Assembly (NCBI GenBank): GCA_950097015.1 | Contig: CATNEN010000001.1 | Location: forward strand, 24,366,001 to 24,430,000 | DNA length: 64,000 nucleotides | Direction of reading: 5' to 3' | From: Macrostomum hystrix | Taxonomy: Eukaryota; Animalia; Platyhelminthes | Part shown: piece by piece, positions 13,598-51,794 of the stretch | Numbering within the stretch: position 1 is the first letter of the stretch | Layout of the letters: every line of letters begins with the position of its first letter | Notes under the pieces: model-generated | The model's input: the letters and a program-made list of their open reading frames with translations, nothing else | Told to the model about the DNA's origin: nothing | Databases searched by the model: none | Translations under genes and position numbers: made by a program

Positions 13598-15150
13598 TGT
13601 CTAACAGCTGTCCATTTTGTATCTAACAGCTGTCCATTTTGTGTCTAACAGCTGTTCATTGTATCTAACAGCTGTCCATTGTATCTAACAGCTGTCCATT
13701 TTGTGTCTAACAGCTGTCCATTTTGTGTCTAACAGCTGTCCATTTTGTGTCTAACAGCTGTCCATTTTGTGTCTAACAGGTGTTCATTGTGTCTAACAGC
13801 TGTCCATTTTATGTCTAACAGCTGTCCATTTTGTGTCTAACAGCTGTCCATTTTTTGTCTAACAGCTGTCCATTTTGTGTCTAACAGCTGTCCATTTTGT
13901 GTCTAACAGCTGTCCATTTTGTGCCTAACAGCTGTCCATTTTGTGTCTAATTGTGTCTAACAGCTGTTCATTGTGTCTAACAGCTGTTCATGTATCTAAC
14001 AGCTGTTCATGTGTCTAACAGCTGTTCATTGTATCTAACAGCTGTTCATGTGTCTAACAGCTGTCCATTGTATCTAACAGCTGTCCATTTTGTGTCTAAC
14101 AGCTGTCCATTTTGTGTCTAACAGCTGTCCATTTTGTGTCTAACAGCTGTCCATTTTGTGTCTAACAGCTGTCCATTTTGTGTCTAACAGGTGTTCATTG
14201 TGTCTAACAGCTGTCCATTTTATGTCTAACAGCTGTCCATTTTGTGTCTAACAGCTGTCCATTTTTTGTCTAACAGCTGTCCATTTTGTGTCTAACAGCT
14301 GTCCATTTTGTGTCTAACAGCTGTCCATTTTGTGCCTAACAGCTGTCCATTTTGTGTCTAATTGTGTCTAACAGCTGTTCATTGTGTCTAACAGCTGTTC
14401 ATGTATCTAACAGCTGTTCATGTGTCTAACAGCTGTTCATTGTATCTAACAGCTGTTCATGTATCTAACAGCTGTTCATGTGTCTAACAGCTGTTCATTG
14501 TATCTAACAGCTGTTCATGTGTCTAACAGCTGTTCATTTTGTGTCTAATTGTGTCTAACAGCTGTTCATTGTGTCTAACAGCTGTTCATGTATCTAACAG
14601 CTGTTCATGTGTCTAACAGCTGTTCATTGTATCTAACAGCTGTTCATGTGTCTAACAGCTGTTCATTTTGTGTCTAATTGTGTCTAACAGCTGTTCATTG
14701 TGTCTAACAGCTGTTCATGTATCTAACAGCTGTTCATGTGTCTAACAGCTGTTCATGTATCTAACAGCTGTTCAAGTATCTAACAGCTTTTCATGTGTCT
14801 AACAGCTGTTCATTGTATCTAACAGGTGTTCATTGTGTCAAACAGCTGTTCATGTGTCTAACAGCTGTTCATTGTATCTAACAGCTGTTCATTGTGTCTA
14901 ACAGGTGTTCATTGTGTCTAACAGCTGTCCATTTTGTGTCTTACAGCTGTCAATTTTGTACTGAACAGCTGTTAATGTGTCTAACAGCTGTTCATTGTAT
15001 CTAACAGCTGTTAATTGTGTCTAACAGCTGTTCATTGTATCTAACAGCTGTTAATTGTGTCTAACAGCTGTTCATTGTATCTAACATCTGTCCAATCTGT
15101 ATCTAACAGCTGTCAATTTCGTGTCTAACAGCTGTCCGTCTTATGTCTAA
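13598..15150. repeat. 20-23-bp minisatellite (TGTCTAACAGCTGTYCATT[TT]G)
   Basis: Direct reading; includes a 411-bp internal duplication. Confidence 0.97.
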
Positions 15151-15838
15151 AAGTAAAAAAAATTGGCTGTTTCACGATAAGGGACTTGGGATGATTGATC
15201 GATTGATTGATTGACACTTGAACAAATTCCCGGTTAAGGCTAATTATCAGGTTTATTGATTACAAGCCAAGAAATGTTTTCTTAGAAAACTTGACTGGCC
15301 CAAACAGAGCATTCTATACTGAGCTGATCCAGTTGTTCCAGTAAATTTGTTCAGTCACTGTGGACTAGTGTTACACAATGTCCACACCATGTGATAACAA
15401 TGATTGACGGACAGAGCAAATCTGTATCGGCTAACAATTACCCAGTTGAGCAGGACTCAAGCAGTCCCTGAATTGCTCAAAACTGAGCAGACTCCTGTGT
15501 TCTCCTTAATAAGCAGCAACCGGATAGAAGAAATTATTGAGCTCAGAAGGGTGGATCCTAAATCAGTTGCTATGTCAAGTCCGCATGGGCCAATATTTGC
15601 AGATAAGATTCTGCGTGAGTAGGTCAGTCACCGGTGCTTGCAGTGACTGAGGAACTGCAAAACTCATCGTCTGCAATGAAGCGGACTCTAGGATTTGTTA
15701 TTATAACAAACTGATAATACCTTTAAGACCTAAATACTGAAGTACAATGCCAAACTTTTAGATATTATCTCGGCCAAGTGTGCCTTTGTCAAACAAAGGT
15801 ACTATGACCGACAGTATGACAGTGTTACTAATGTCTTT

Positions 15839-16622
15839 CCTTGTCTAACATCCAGACACATTGTCTAACATCCAGATACCTTGTCTAACATCCAGATACC
15901 TTGTCTAACATCCAGACACATTGTCTAACATCCAGACACCTTGTCTAACATCCAGATACCTTGTCTAACATCCAGATACCTTGTCTAACATCCAGATACC
16001 TTTTCTAACATCCAGACACCTTGTCTAACATCCAGATACCTTGTCTAACATCCAGATACCTTGTCTAACATCCAGACACATTGTCTAACATCCAGATACC
16101 TTGTCTAACATCCAGATACCTTGTCTAACATCCAGATACCTTGTCTAACATCCAGATACCTTGTCTAACACCCAGATACCTTGTCTAACATCCAGACACC
16201 TTGTCTAACATCCAGACACCTTGTCTAACACCCAGACACCTTGTCTAACACCCAGATACCTTGTCTAACATCCAGATACCTTGTCTAACATCCAGATACC
16301 TTGTCTAACATCCAGATACCTTTTCTAACATCCAGACACCTTGTCTAACATCCAGATACCTTGTCTAACATCCAGATACCTTGTCTAACATCCAGACACA
16401 TTGTCTAACATCCAGATACCTTGTCTAACACCCAGACATCTTGTCTAACGTCCAGACACCTCTGTCTAACATCCAGACACCTTGTCTAACACCCAGACAT
16501 CTTGTCTAACGTCCAGACACCTTGTCTAACATCCAGAAACCTTGTCTAACACCCAGACACCTTGTCTAACATCCAGACACTTTTGTCTAACATCCAGACA
16601 CTTTTGTCTAACACCCAGACAC
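15839..16622. repeat. 20-bp minisatellite (TTGTCTAACATCCAGAYACC)n
   Basis: Direct reading. Confidence 0.97.
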
Positions 16623-16970
16623 TGATGAGAGAACATTATAATTTATGTTGGCGAAAATCACCTGTGTCAATAACCACACCCTTATTATTGTCTTAACTTT
16701 CAAGTCAGTCGGCAATTTATTTATAATACATGCCTTACATGAAACCCATGACTTACTGGTCATGGTCAACAGATGGACTAATTTGATTTGGCTTGCAATG
16801 ATTTAAATGTAATTTGATATTCTAGACTTTGCTAGGCTGCTGACAGGCTAGACAAGTATTCGACTCGAGTTAATAAACTTTTCTTCCCTTTTTTCTAGGA
16901 TATTTTTTGTACTTTTACAGCTCTGTGTTACCCTCTTATTACACTCATGGTATACCCATGCTATATAAAT

Positions 16971-18541
16971 TTGTCTGACAGGTAGATTATCTGTCTAACA
17001 GGTAGATCATCTGTCTAACAGGTAGATCATCTGTCTAACATAAAAATAATCTGTCTAACAGGTAGATCATCTGTCTAACAGGTAGATCATCTGTCTAACA
17101 GGTAGATTATCTGTGTAACAGGTAGATCATCTGTCTAACAGGTAAATCATCTGTCTAACAGGTAAATCATCTGTCTAACAGGTAGATCATCTGTCTAACA
17201 GGTAGATCATCTGTCTAACAGGTAGATCATCTGTCGAACAGGTAGATCATCTGTCTAACAGGTAGATTATCTGTCTAACAGGTAGATCATCTGTCTAACA
17301 TAAAAATAATCTGTCTAACAGGTAGATCATCTGTCTAACAGGTAGATCATCTGTCTAACAGGTAGATTATCTGTGTAACAGGTAGATCATCTGTCTAACA
17401 GGTAAATCATCTGTCTAACAGGTAAATCATCTGTCTAACAGGTAGATCATCTGTCTAACAGGTAGATCATCTGTCTAACAGGTAGATCATCTGTCGAACA
17501 GGTAGATCATCTGTCTAACAGGTAGATTATCTGTCTAACAGGTAGATCATCTGTCTAACATAAAAATAATCTGTCTAACAGGTAGATCATCTGTCTAACA
17601 GGTAGATCATCTGTCTAACAGGTAGATTATCTGTGTAACAGGTAGATCATCTGTCTAACAGGTAAATCATCTGTCTAACAGGTAAATCATCTGTCTAACA
17701 GGTAGATCATCTGTCTAACAGGTAGATCATCTGTCTAACAGGTAGATCATCTGTCGAACAGGTAGATCATCTGTCTAACAGGTAGATTATCTGTCTAACA
17801 GGTAGATCATCTGTCTAACATAAAAATCATCTGTCTAACAGGTAGATCATCTGTCTAACAGGTAGATCATCTGTCTAACAGGTAGATTATCTGTGTAACA
17901 GGTAGATCATCTGTCTAACAGGTAAATCATCTGTCTAACAGGTAAATCATCTGTCTAACAGGTAGATCATCTGTCTAACAGGTAGATCATCTGTCTAACA
18001 GGTAGATCATCTGTCTAACATAAAAATCATCTGTCTAACAGGTAAATCATCTGTCTAACAGGTAAATCATCTGTCTAACAGGTAAATCATCTCTCTAACA
18101 TAAAAATCATCTGTCTAACAGGTAGATTATCTGTCTAACAGGTAAATCATCTGTCTAACAGGTAGATCATCTGTCTAACAGGTAGATTATCTGTCTAACA
18201 TAAAAATCATCTCTCTAACAGGTAGATCATCTGTCTAACATAAAAATCATCTGTCTAACAGGTAGATCATCTGTCTAACAGGTAGATCATCTGTCTAACA
18301 TAAAAATCATCTGTCTAACAGGTAGATCATCTGTCTAACAGGTAGATCATCTGTCTAACAGGTAGATCATCTGTCGAACAGGTAGATCATCTGTCTAACA
18401 GGTAAATTATCTGTCTAACAGGTAGATCATCTGTCTAACAGGTAGATCATCTGTCTAACAGGTAAATCATCTGTCTTACATAAAAATCATCTGTCTAACA
18501 CTTAAATCATCTGTCTAACAGGTAGATTATCTGTCTAACAG
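16971..18541. repeat. 20-bp minisatellite (CTGTCTAACAGGTAGATCAT)n with 260-bp higher-order repeat
   Basis: Direct reading; variant monomers recur every 260 bp. Confidence 0.97.
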
Positions 18542-18910
18542 TGAGGCAATTCAGAACAATATGACACTTTACATTAAAATCAAAAATATTTTATTCGCTT
18601 GCTCAATTAGCCTACTCAATAAGTAGTGTAGAACGAAAATTTTAAGCAGTAAATTAGTGCAGTCAATAAAAACACACAAATCGCACAAATAAAATATTCA
18701 TGATCTCTCTCTTTCTCATTAAATGCTTAGTGACGTGATAATTGCCTAGCTGTTTAAATATTTACTGTTTTCACTGCAACTAGAAGCTTTGTGAGAACAG
18801 GACTCGTGGCTGGGTCTAACTCAGTCCATTTGCATTTTATCAGGTGCATCGTCCCACAATTCCTTAATGCGGATGCTAAAAGTATTAAAGTACAAAATTA
18901 GACAGTAGTT

Positions 18911-19149
18911 AAAGCTACTGTCTAACAGTTGAAGCTACTGTCTAACAGTTGAAGCTACTGTCTAACAGTTGAAGCTACTGTCTAACAGTTGAAGCTACTG
19001 TCTAACAGTTGAAGCTACTGTCTAACAGTTGAAGCTACTGTCTAACAGTTGAAGCTACTGTCTAACAGTTGAAGCTACTGTCTAACAGTTGAAGCTACTG
19101 TCTAACAGTTGAAGCTACTGTCTAACAGTTGAAACTACTGTCTAACAGT
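18911..19149. repeat. 20-bp near-perfect minisatellite (TCTAACAGTTGAAGCTACTG), about 12 copies
   Basis: Direct reading. Confidence 0.97.
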
Positions 19150-19570
19150 ACAATAAACTTGAATCAAGCTGAAATCTAAGTGAATCTGATTCACAACTCA
19201 AAACCGTATCGCGTGACGATACAGATCAGTGAGCTGGCTTGGGCGATATCAACTAGCTTTGATTTTAACTGGGCGTGGCTCTTAGCGCGTGTTTTGCTGT
19301 CTCGGACTTGAAAGTCTTGTCGGACTTACAAGAACATGCTTTGCACATTCTCAATGGCTGAATAAAATAAAATAATAAAATAGAATAAAATTGAATAAAA
19401 TATGAAATTCTCAAGAGTTCAATTTTTATTACTAAGTTTTTATCTAGTAGTCTATGGTAGTGTTTCCGAATGATGTTGAGAAGCAATTTGGTTATGAGTT
19501 TTTATTTTAATATTTAGCCTGTTGAGTTGTCAGCATCTCTGAATTGGTCCTTCACAGTCGCACTGCTCAC

Positions 19571-19675
19571 CTGAGCGAATGGAGCACGGCCGGCTTCTGG
19601 AAGAACGCCATCAACTCTACCATTAACTCTACCATTAACTCTGCGCTTGACGTGAGTACGTTGGAGAGCATTGTG
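19571..19675 (-). CDS. Candidate upstream exon of the GPCR
   Basis: ttcag|CAC...CAG|gtgagc, 105 nt, open in phase 0 (HNALQRTHVKRRVNGRVNGRVDGVLPEAGRAPFAQ), which fits the phase-0 acceptor at 6594. No homology support. Confidence 0.35.
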
Positions 19676-19744
19676 CTGAATGGTAAATTATGTCTCACCG
19701 TCGTAAATGAATGAGAAGGATAATGGTGAACTGAGAGGAAGAGT

Positions 19745-19965
19745 GGCTTGAGTGAGAAGGAGAGGGGTAGAGTGAGAAGGAGAGTGGTAGAGTGAGAAGG
19801 AGAGTGGTAGAGTGAGAAGTAGAGGGGGGATAAGGGGAAAGGAGAGTGGTAGAGTGAGTAAGAGAGTTTTAGGGTGAGAAGGAGAGTGGTAGAGTGAGAA
19901 GTAGAGGGGTAGAGTGAGAAGTAGAGGGGTAGAGTGAGAAGTAGAGGGGTAGAGTGAGAAGGAGA
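19745..19965. repeat. 20-bp purine-rich minisatellite (AGAGTGAGAAGKAGAGKGGT)
   Basis: Direct reading. Confidence 0.9.
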
Positions 19966-20487
19966 AGATGAGAAGCAGAAGCTGAAATGATAATAGCACA
20001 GTAAGTGTGTGAGCCAGTGTTGGAGGTCACTGTCACGATAACCCATAGCCCCTCTCGTGACAGCTGGCTGATGTGACAGCGTCTGGGGCAATAAATCAAA
20101 GTTAATTAGATTAAAAAAAGTTGCTCATATACTTAAGCGCTGTTGTCGCCTGCTCTAAATATTTTCATGTTTATTTCCTTAATTGTGTAAAAAATTTAAC
20201 GATTTCATAAAAAATCGACGAATCAAAAGTGCACGACCTTTCGGTCAAGTCACCGAGAATTATAACTAATGAGTTAGGAAATAGTATTAAAGCTATACAG
20301 TATTAGTCTTATCAGCGACTGTCAACTGAAATTCAGCTCAATGATTTGTCATCTTATCGAAAAAAAATCTTTAGTCTGACCAGCTGGTGGGTCGCTTTTG
20401 ATGATTAATAGAATTTTCCATTATGTTATTGAGTTCCATTATCATCAGCCACGACTTCCGCCCCGCTGACAGTTGTGTGGAGACACA

Positions 20488-20538
20488 GATAGATAGATAG
20501 GTAGATAGATAGATAGATAGATGGGTAGATAGATAGAT
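20488..20538. repeat. (GATA)n microsatellite
   Basis: Direct reading. Confidence 0.9.
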
Positions 20539-21519
20539 GGTTTTACCGTGGACAAAGTGAATTGAAAAAGCAAATCAAAAGCTAAGATTACACTAGATTA
20601 CGGAAAACAATTAGGATAAAAGGCAAAGCTAGGTGAGGCATGGCGCAGATTGTGTGACTACAATTTTTTTAATTGGCAACAGAAGCAGCAATTTCGTGCG
20701 AGTCATCTCTAATTTCCCCCTGGGTAAGAGTGAGTCAGTCCCGCTAGCGAACAATTACTGGGGGAAAAAGATAAGACATATCAAATCCAGCATTTTTCAG
20801 GAGGAAATTACAAAAATCCCCAATCTCAATGGATTTTTGTTTCAACGTTTATGAAAAAGAAAAACTCATTTCAACGATAAGAAGATAAAAAAGGTATGGA
20901 GGCTTGTGAATTGGGAAGGTGTGATGATTTAGTCTCTGGGCTCACTGGCTGTTGCCAAGGCCTACCAGCGGTGCCGGTGGGGCAGAGACTCAGAGGTTGG
21001 TCAGAGTATGAGACTTGGGGCAGTGCTCACAAATCTAGTTTGCTCTGGATGCAGGTGAGATGAAGGTTTGAGGTATGCCGGCATCATTGTGTGTGAGTGG
21101 GTGGGGATGAAGCTGACAACCTCCCTCCTCCCCTACCCCGCTGCCTGTGAGCAGCGCATGCGGTTACAGACGGCGGGTGAGGCGGTCTTTTGGGAAGGGT
21201 TGGGGGTAGATGGATTTGAGAACAGAGTAAGCTGGGGTTGGCTGAGGTTTGGGGACCCACAGTACAACCCGACTGCACGGCTAGGGGGATCAGGAATTGA
21301 ATCTAGGTAGCAAAAATAAGAACGTGGTTTTTTGGTTTAAAAAAAATCTGTCTTTGCTGATTGGCTGGTCTCAGGCATTCGCATTCAAGCTTATTCGCCT
21401 TCAATATCTGGAACTGGCTGGCTCGGCGGGCTCTCGATGAGGCCGCTGCACTGACGGCTCACTGACTGGCCAGATCACGATTTCGCACCCAACCACCCCG
21501 GCATTGCAGCAGCTCTCAG

Positions 21520-23292
21520 GCTTTGGGTCACGTGAGCGGCACACTGCAGTCGCTGGAGTCACTAGTCCGCTGCTGTGGCGGCAGCCGCCACCGGCGACAC
21601 CGAAACAGCGGCGGCGGCGGCAGCAGCGGTTGCGATGGCAGCCACGGCGACTGCATTCGGCACTGTAGCGGAGTCTGTTGTCACTCGAATAGTCTTCAAT
21701 CCGAATTCCTAACTTCTAGCTTCGGTGACGGCGGTGACATTAAAGTACACAGCGAACTAGAATTCGAAGGAGGCTGCGACGGCGGCCTGTTCGGCGGCCA
21801 GTGGCGTCGGTGGTGCCCGCTGCCTGCGGGTTTGAGCAGCTATGAGCATCAGGTGGGCGGTCACGGCCTGCTCTGCGGCGAGAAGGTGAGCCCGGCAACC
21901 TGACCGGTCTTGGACGCTCAAAGCACCGGGTTTCATTCGAATCCGTTCTTATTATGGGTGCTCCAAAAATTGATAATAATTGCAGGAGGGCTGCGGCCAA
22001 TGGCACATCATTCGGTGACACTTGACACGCAGCCAGCGAGTACGCAATTCTGACCATCTCGCTGACTCCTGAGCACTTCATCTGCCCTGACTTTCTCATC
22101 GTCAGGCAGTGTACACTTGACTGTGCCTTGGAGGTTGGCCCTCAAGAGTGTAAATTGCACGACAAGCCACCAAGCCTTCTCTCCGCGGCTGCGCCCCAAA
22201 TGAATGCGGCCTCACCGCGGAATCGAACTCAGGGACCTTGGTGCGAGAGGCAAACGCGTTAGACCGCTCTGCCACCGACCCCCATAGCTGATCCAAGGTC
22301 TGCACTCTCCGGCACACACTCAGGAGTGTACACCTGCCCTGACTTTCTTATCGTCAGGCAGTGTACACTCTCACTGTAATAAAGAGATTGGTCCCACACA
22401 AATGAATGTGGCCTCGTCGCGGATTCGAACTCAGGGACCTTGGCGCGAGAAGCAATCGCGCTCTACCACTCACCCCGCTTACTCACAGGCTAAAATCCTA
22501 TCGGACGGTCGCGGCGCACTCTACAAACCTGTGCAACGCGAGCCGAAAGGCTGGCAGGAGGTGGACTTTTACCGCGCCGTGGCTGCCAGGCAACTGTCGC
22601 CAGGTCCAAGGACCTCCTCTGAGCCGCTGGTGGATCGCCTGGCGGCCTTCCTACCCCGCTATTGCGGCCTGTACCGGCATCCTACAAGCGGCAGGTTCTA
22701 CATCGGCATGGAGGACCTGCTTCGCGGCCTACGCAGGCCCTGCGTCATGGACTGCAAGATGGGCGGCAGGTCAACGCCACCCGGGGCGCCGGTATCCAAG
22801 CACCTGCTGCAGCGGGCCATGTACACCCACCGGGAGAAGCTGGGCTTCATCATCACCGGCTTCAAGGTGTTTCCGACTGGCAAGAAGGCCGCTCGCTACT
22901 ATTCAATCATGCACGGCCGCTCACTCAACGAGGAGGGCGTATTCGCCAAGGGCTTCCGTCCGTTCCTGGCGTCAGCCGGCAGTCAGGCTCGAATCTGCCG
23001 GGTCGCGGGCGAAGTCATTCGCCAGCTGGAGCTGCTGCGGCTCTGGTTCTCGGAGCAGCGCTGCTACCTGTTCTACGCGAGCTCGCTGCTCATCGCGTAC
23101 GAGTCGGCGCCAGCTCAGCCGGACGATCTGGGAGTTGTAGTCCGCATGGTGGACTTTGCACACGCCTCGGCTGCTTCATCAGCTGCGCCCGGTCCAACAG
23201 ATGACAACTACCTCCTGGGACTCGGTCGCCTCATTGACTACTATCGGCGAGTGGTTGCTGAGCACAGCAAAGCAGAGCTTATACTGACATGA
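21520..23292 (+). CDS. IPMK: Inositol polyphosphate multikinase (IPK family); two visible coding exons, start uncertain
   Basis: Exon A ends at 21885 (YEHQVGGHGLLCGEK|gtgagc). Exon B is 22489-23292 (actcacag|AKILSDG...). IPK motifs present: HQVGGH, PCVMDCKMG (PxxxDxKxG), ASSLL, MVDFAH, DDNYLLGL. The 5' boundary is inferred. Confidence 0.88.
22066..22283 (-). mobile_element. tRNA-derived SINE, copy 1 (IPMK intron)
   Basis: Minus-strand head GGTGGCAGAGCGGTCTAACGCG (A box) and GAGTTCGATTCC (B box); body shared with other copies in the window. Confidence 0.8.
22311..22478 (-). mobile_element. tRNA-derived SINE, copy 2 (internally deleted)
   Basis: B box GAGTTCGAATCC, plus the shared CCAAGGTCCCTGAG and GTGTACACTGCCTGACGAT.AGAAAGTCAGGGCAG blocks. 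Confidence 0.75.
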
Positions 23293-23740
23293 GGGCCTGA
23301 AGCAATGTCAGCTCATTATTTCAATGCGATAGTCCCCGCAGCCGTATGCCTGCATCTTAGGTCACGAAATACTTCAGCAAACGAGCGCCATACTACTTAT
23401 TAGTAGGACTGTTAGATGGCAGTCTTGATGTGAGAGTTTTTTCAGTGGCAAGAAAAGTATGAGCTGACAACTGATAGAGTATTTTGGTTTCGTCTTTGCT
23501 TATTCATAATTATTCATTATGCGCAATGTTTCTCAGTGTCCTGTTCCTCTGACTTTTGCTAATATTCTTTTTAGTCAAAACCTTCTCGCACTTAAAATAT
23601 CTGCACCGAATATGCCCTACTTGCTAGAAAAATTATTTATATTTCATGCAATAGATGACCAACTACAGTGCCATTCTGTTCTCTCCACAAGTATTAAAAT
23701 CCTAAACATTCTCTAAACCTCTTAGACTATCACTAGCCAT

Positions 23741-23959
23741 ATGTCCTCACACCCTAGACAATGTCCTCACACCCTAGACAATGTACTCACACCCTAGACA
23801 ATGTCCTCAAACCCTAGACAATGTCCTCACACCCTAGACAATGTCCTCAAACCCTAGACAATGTCCTCACACCCTAGACAATGTCCTCAAACCCTAGACA
23901 ATGTCCTCAAACCCTAGACAATGTCCTCAAACCCTAGACAATGTCCTCACACCCTAGAC
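23741..23959. repeat. 20-bp minisatellite (ATGTCCTCAMACCCTAGACA), 11 copies
   Basis: Direct reading. Confidence 0.95.
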
Positions 23960-24638
23960 TATGCCTTCATGGAACAAGATATCGATAAATTTTCCTTTAT
24001 GTTTTACTTTTTCTGGATGTTGTTCATGGTTTTCTGTCCGCGTCAATTATATATTTCTGTGTCAAGCCAATTCTTAAAACCTTTAGACTGCTTTGCTTTC
24101 ATGTCCGACCCCACATGTCAGTCTGGCCTCACTCCATCCCGTCTGTATTCAAATTATTACTCAGTGCTATAAAAAGCATTTTTATTTAAGTGTATTTAAA
24201 ATAGAATGCAGTCCGCAGTTCATCAAGCAACTGTGAGCACGAATTTCAAGCGGTAATGCCAAAAATCTTAACAGGAAAGTTTTTAGCTCAGCAGAGCGTG
24301 ATAGCGCGTCCAGACACAATGACCCAGGCTCATTTATTTTCCTGAGTTGTGCTCAAACCAGCCGACTCGCCGGTGTGTTGTCAGTGACAACAAAAACTCA
24401 GTCAATCTTTCCCACCCCCTTTTCCTGTCAGTCTGGGGACAGCCGACACTGACTTGGCAGGAATCCCGGCTGTTCAGGGGTAAAATCTGAAGCAAAATCT
24501 GATAAACAAACTAAAACGATCATTCAGAACGAGATTGATCAGGTGTCTGGCGATGGCTTTTAACTTTAGACTGAAAACTGTCTCGCGAAAGTTAACTAGA
24601 GGTCATAAAACCGACTGGTTATCAAGCACTGAATCAGT

Positions 24639-24870
24639 TCGTTAATCTCATTAGATCGTTAATCTCACCAGCTCGTTAATCTCACCAGCTCGTTAATCTC
24701 ACCAGCTCGTTAATCTCACCAGCTCGTTAATCTCACCAGCTCGTTAATCTCACCAGCTCGTTAATCTCACCAGCTCGTTAATCTCACTAGTTCGCTTATC
24801 TCACCAGCTCGTTAATCTCACCAGCTCGTTAATCTCACCAGCTCGTTAATCTCACCAGCTCGTTAATCTC
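24639..24870. repeat. 17-bp minisatellite (CGTTAATCTCACCAGCT)n
   Basis: Direct reading. Confidence 0.95.
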
Positions 24871-25599
24871 TAAGTTACTGATAAAGAGAACTAGAAATTT
24901 TTTTCTCTAGAATATTGTAATCTCTAGAATATGTTAAGCGCTTGAGTCTCGAAAGGAGATTTTATTCAATTTAATCCTGTTTAGCGGTACAATTTTCGTT
25001 GGTTGCATCTCTACTTCAAGTAGGAGGCTGTGAGCATGCACAGTAAATAAACAATAAATTCAATCCCGGAGGTCTTGGACATTACAAATCTGAATTCAAC
25101 AATGAACGAACAAATACTTCAATATAATATCTATATAATAATTGCATACCGTCAACTCCTTTGAGCTAAATACATGAATCAATGTGATGCTGCTCATTTG
25201 GAAATAAGTAAATTTACATTTCTAAGTCAAATTCAGTCTTAATAGTCGCTTTGTAGTCAATGCAGTAAGCAAAACAATTTTTGCCGAATTTTGAGACAAA
25301 AACTTCTGAGAAATGAGATAATTGTGAAATCTGACAAAACTAGGTTTCCATCAGCACTGCCAAGAGAGGCACTGTACATTTGAGAAGCTATTTTTAGACA
25401 AACCAATAAGAGTCAACAGAAGGGGGAGAAAAAGTTAATGTACGAGTACGCGACTGATTTTCCGTCTCCTTCAATAGCCAATCAAAATAGAGTTAAAAAA
25501 AATGATTCAGCAAATTTCTCACGATACTCTTTTGAAAGACATTTTTTTCAGTGAATTGAAGCAAAACCTACTAGCTATAGGATATTATCGAATGGGATT

Positions 25600-51794
<26,195 letters not shown>

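Noticed and set aside
13598-19149. CRISPR-like appearance of regular 20-bp repeats
   Set aside because: No unique spacers, no cas genes, and a eukaryotic intron-exon context.
21635-21712. Antizyme-like TCC-stop +1 frameshift from the short ORF into IPMK
   Set aside because: Reaching the IPMK frame needs a -1 (or +2) shift, not +1.
22080-22115. Hammerhead-like CTGACGA-TGA-GAAA in the SINE body (minus strand)
   Set aside because: No room for stem II and no convincing stem III or cleavage triplet; better explained as the loop of a simple hairpin.
22210-22283. Possible tRNA gene
   Set aside because: A and B boxes are present, but no clean cloverleaf could be built and it continues into a dispersed repeat body, so it is treated as a SINE head.
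22402-22488. ATG at 22402 as the IPMK start
   Set aside because: It lies within an antisense SINE in the intron, and the conserved HQVGGH motif is in the upstream exon.
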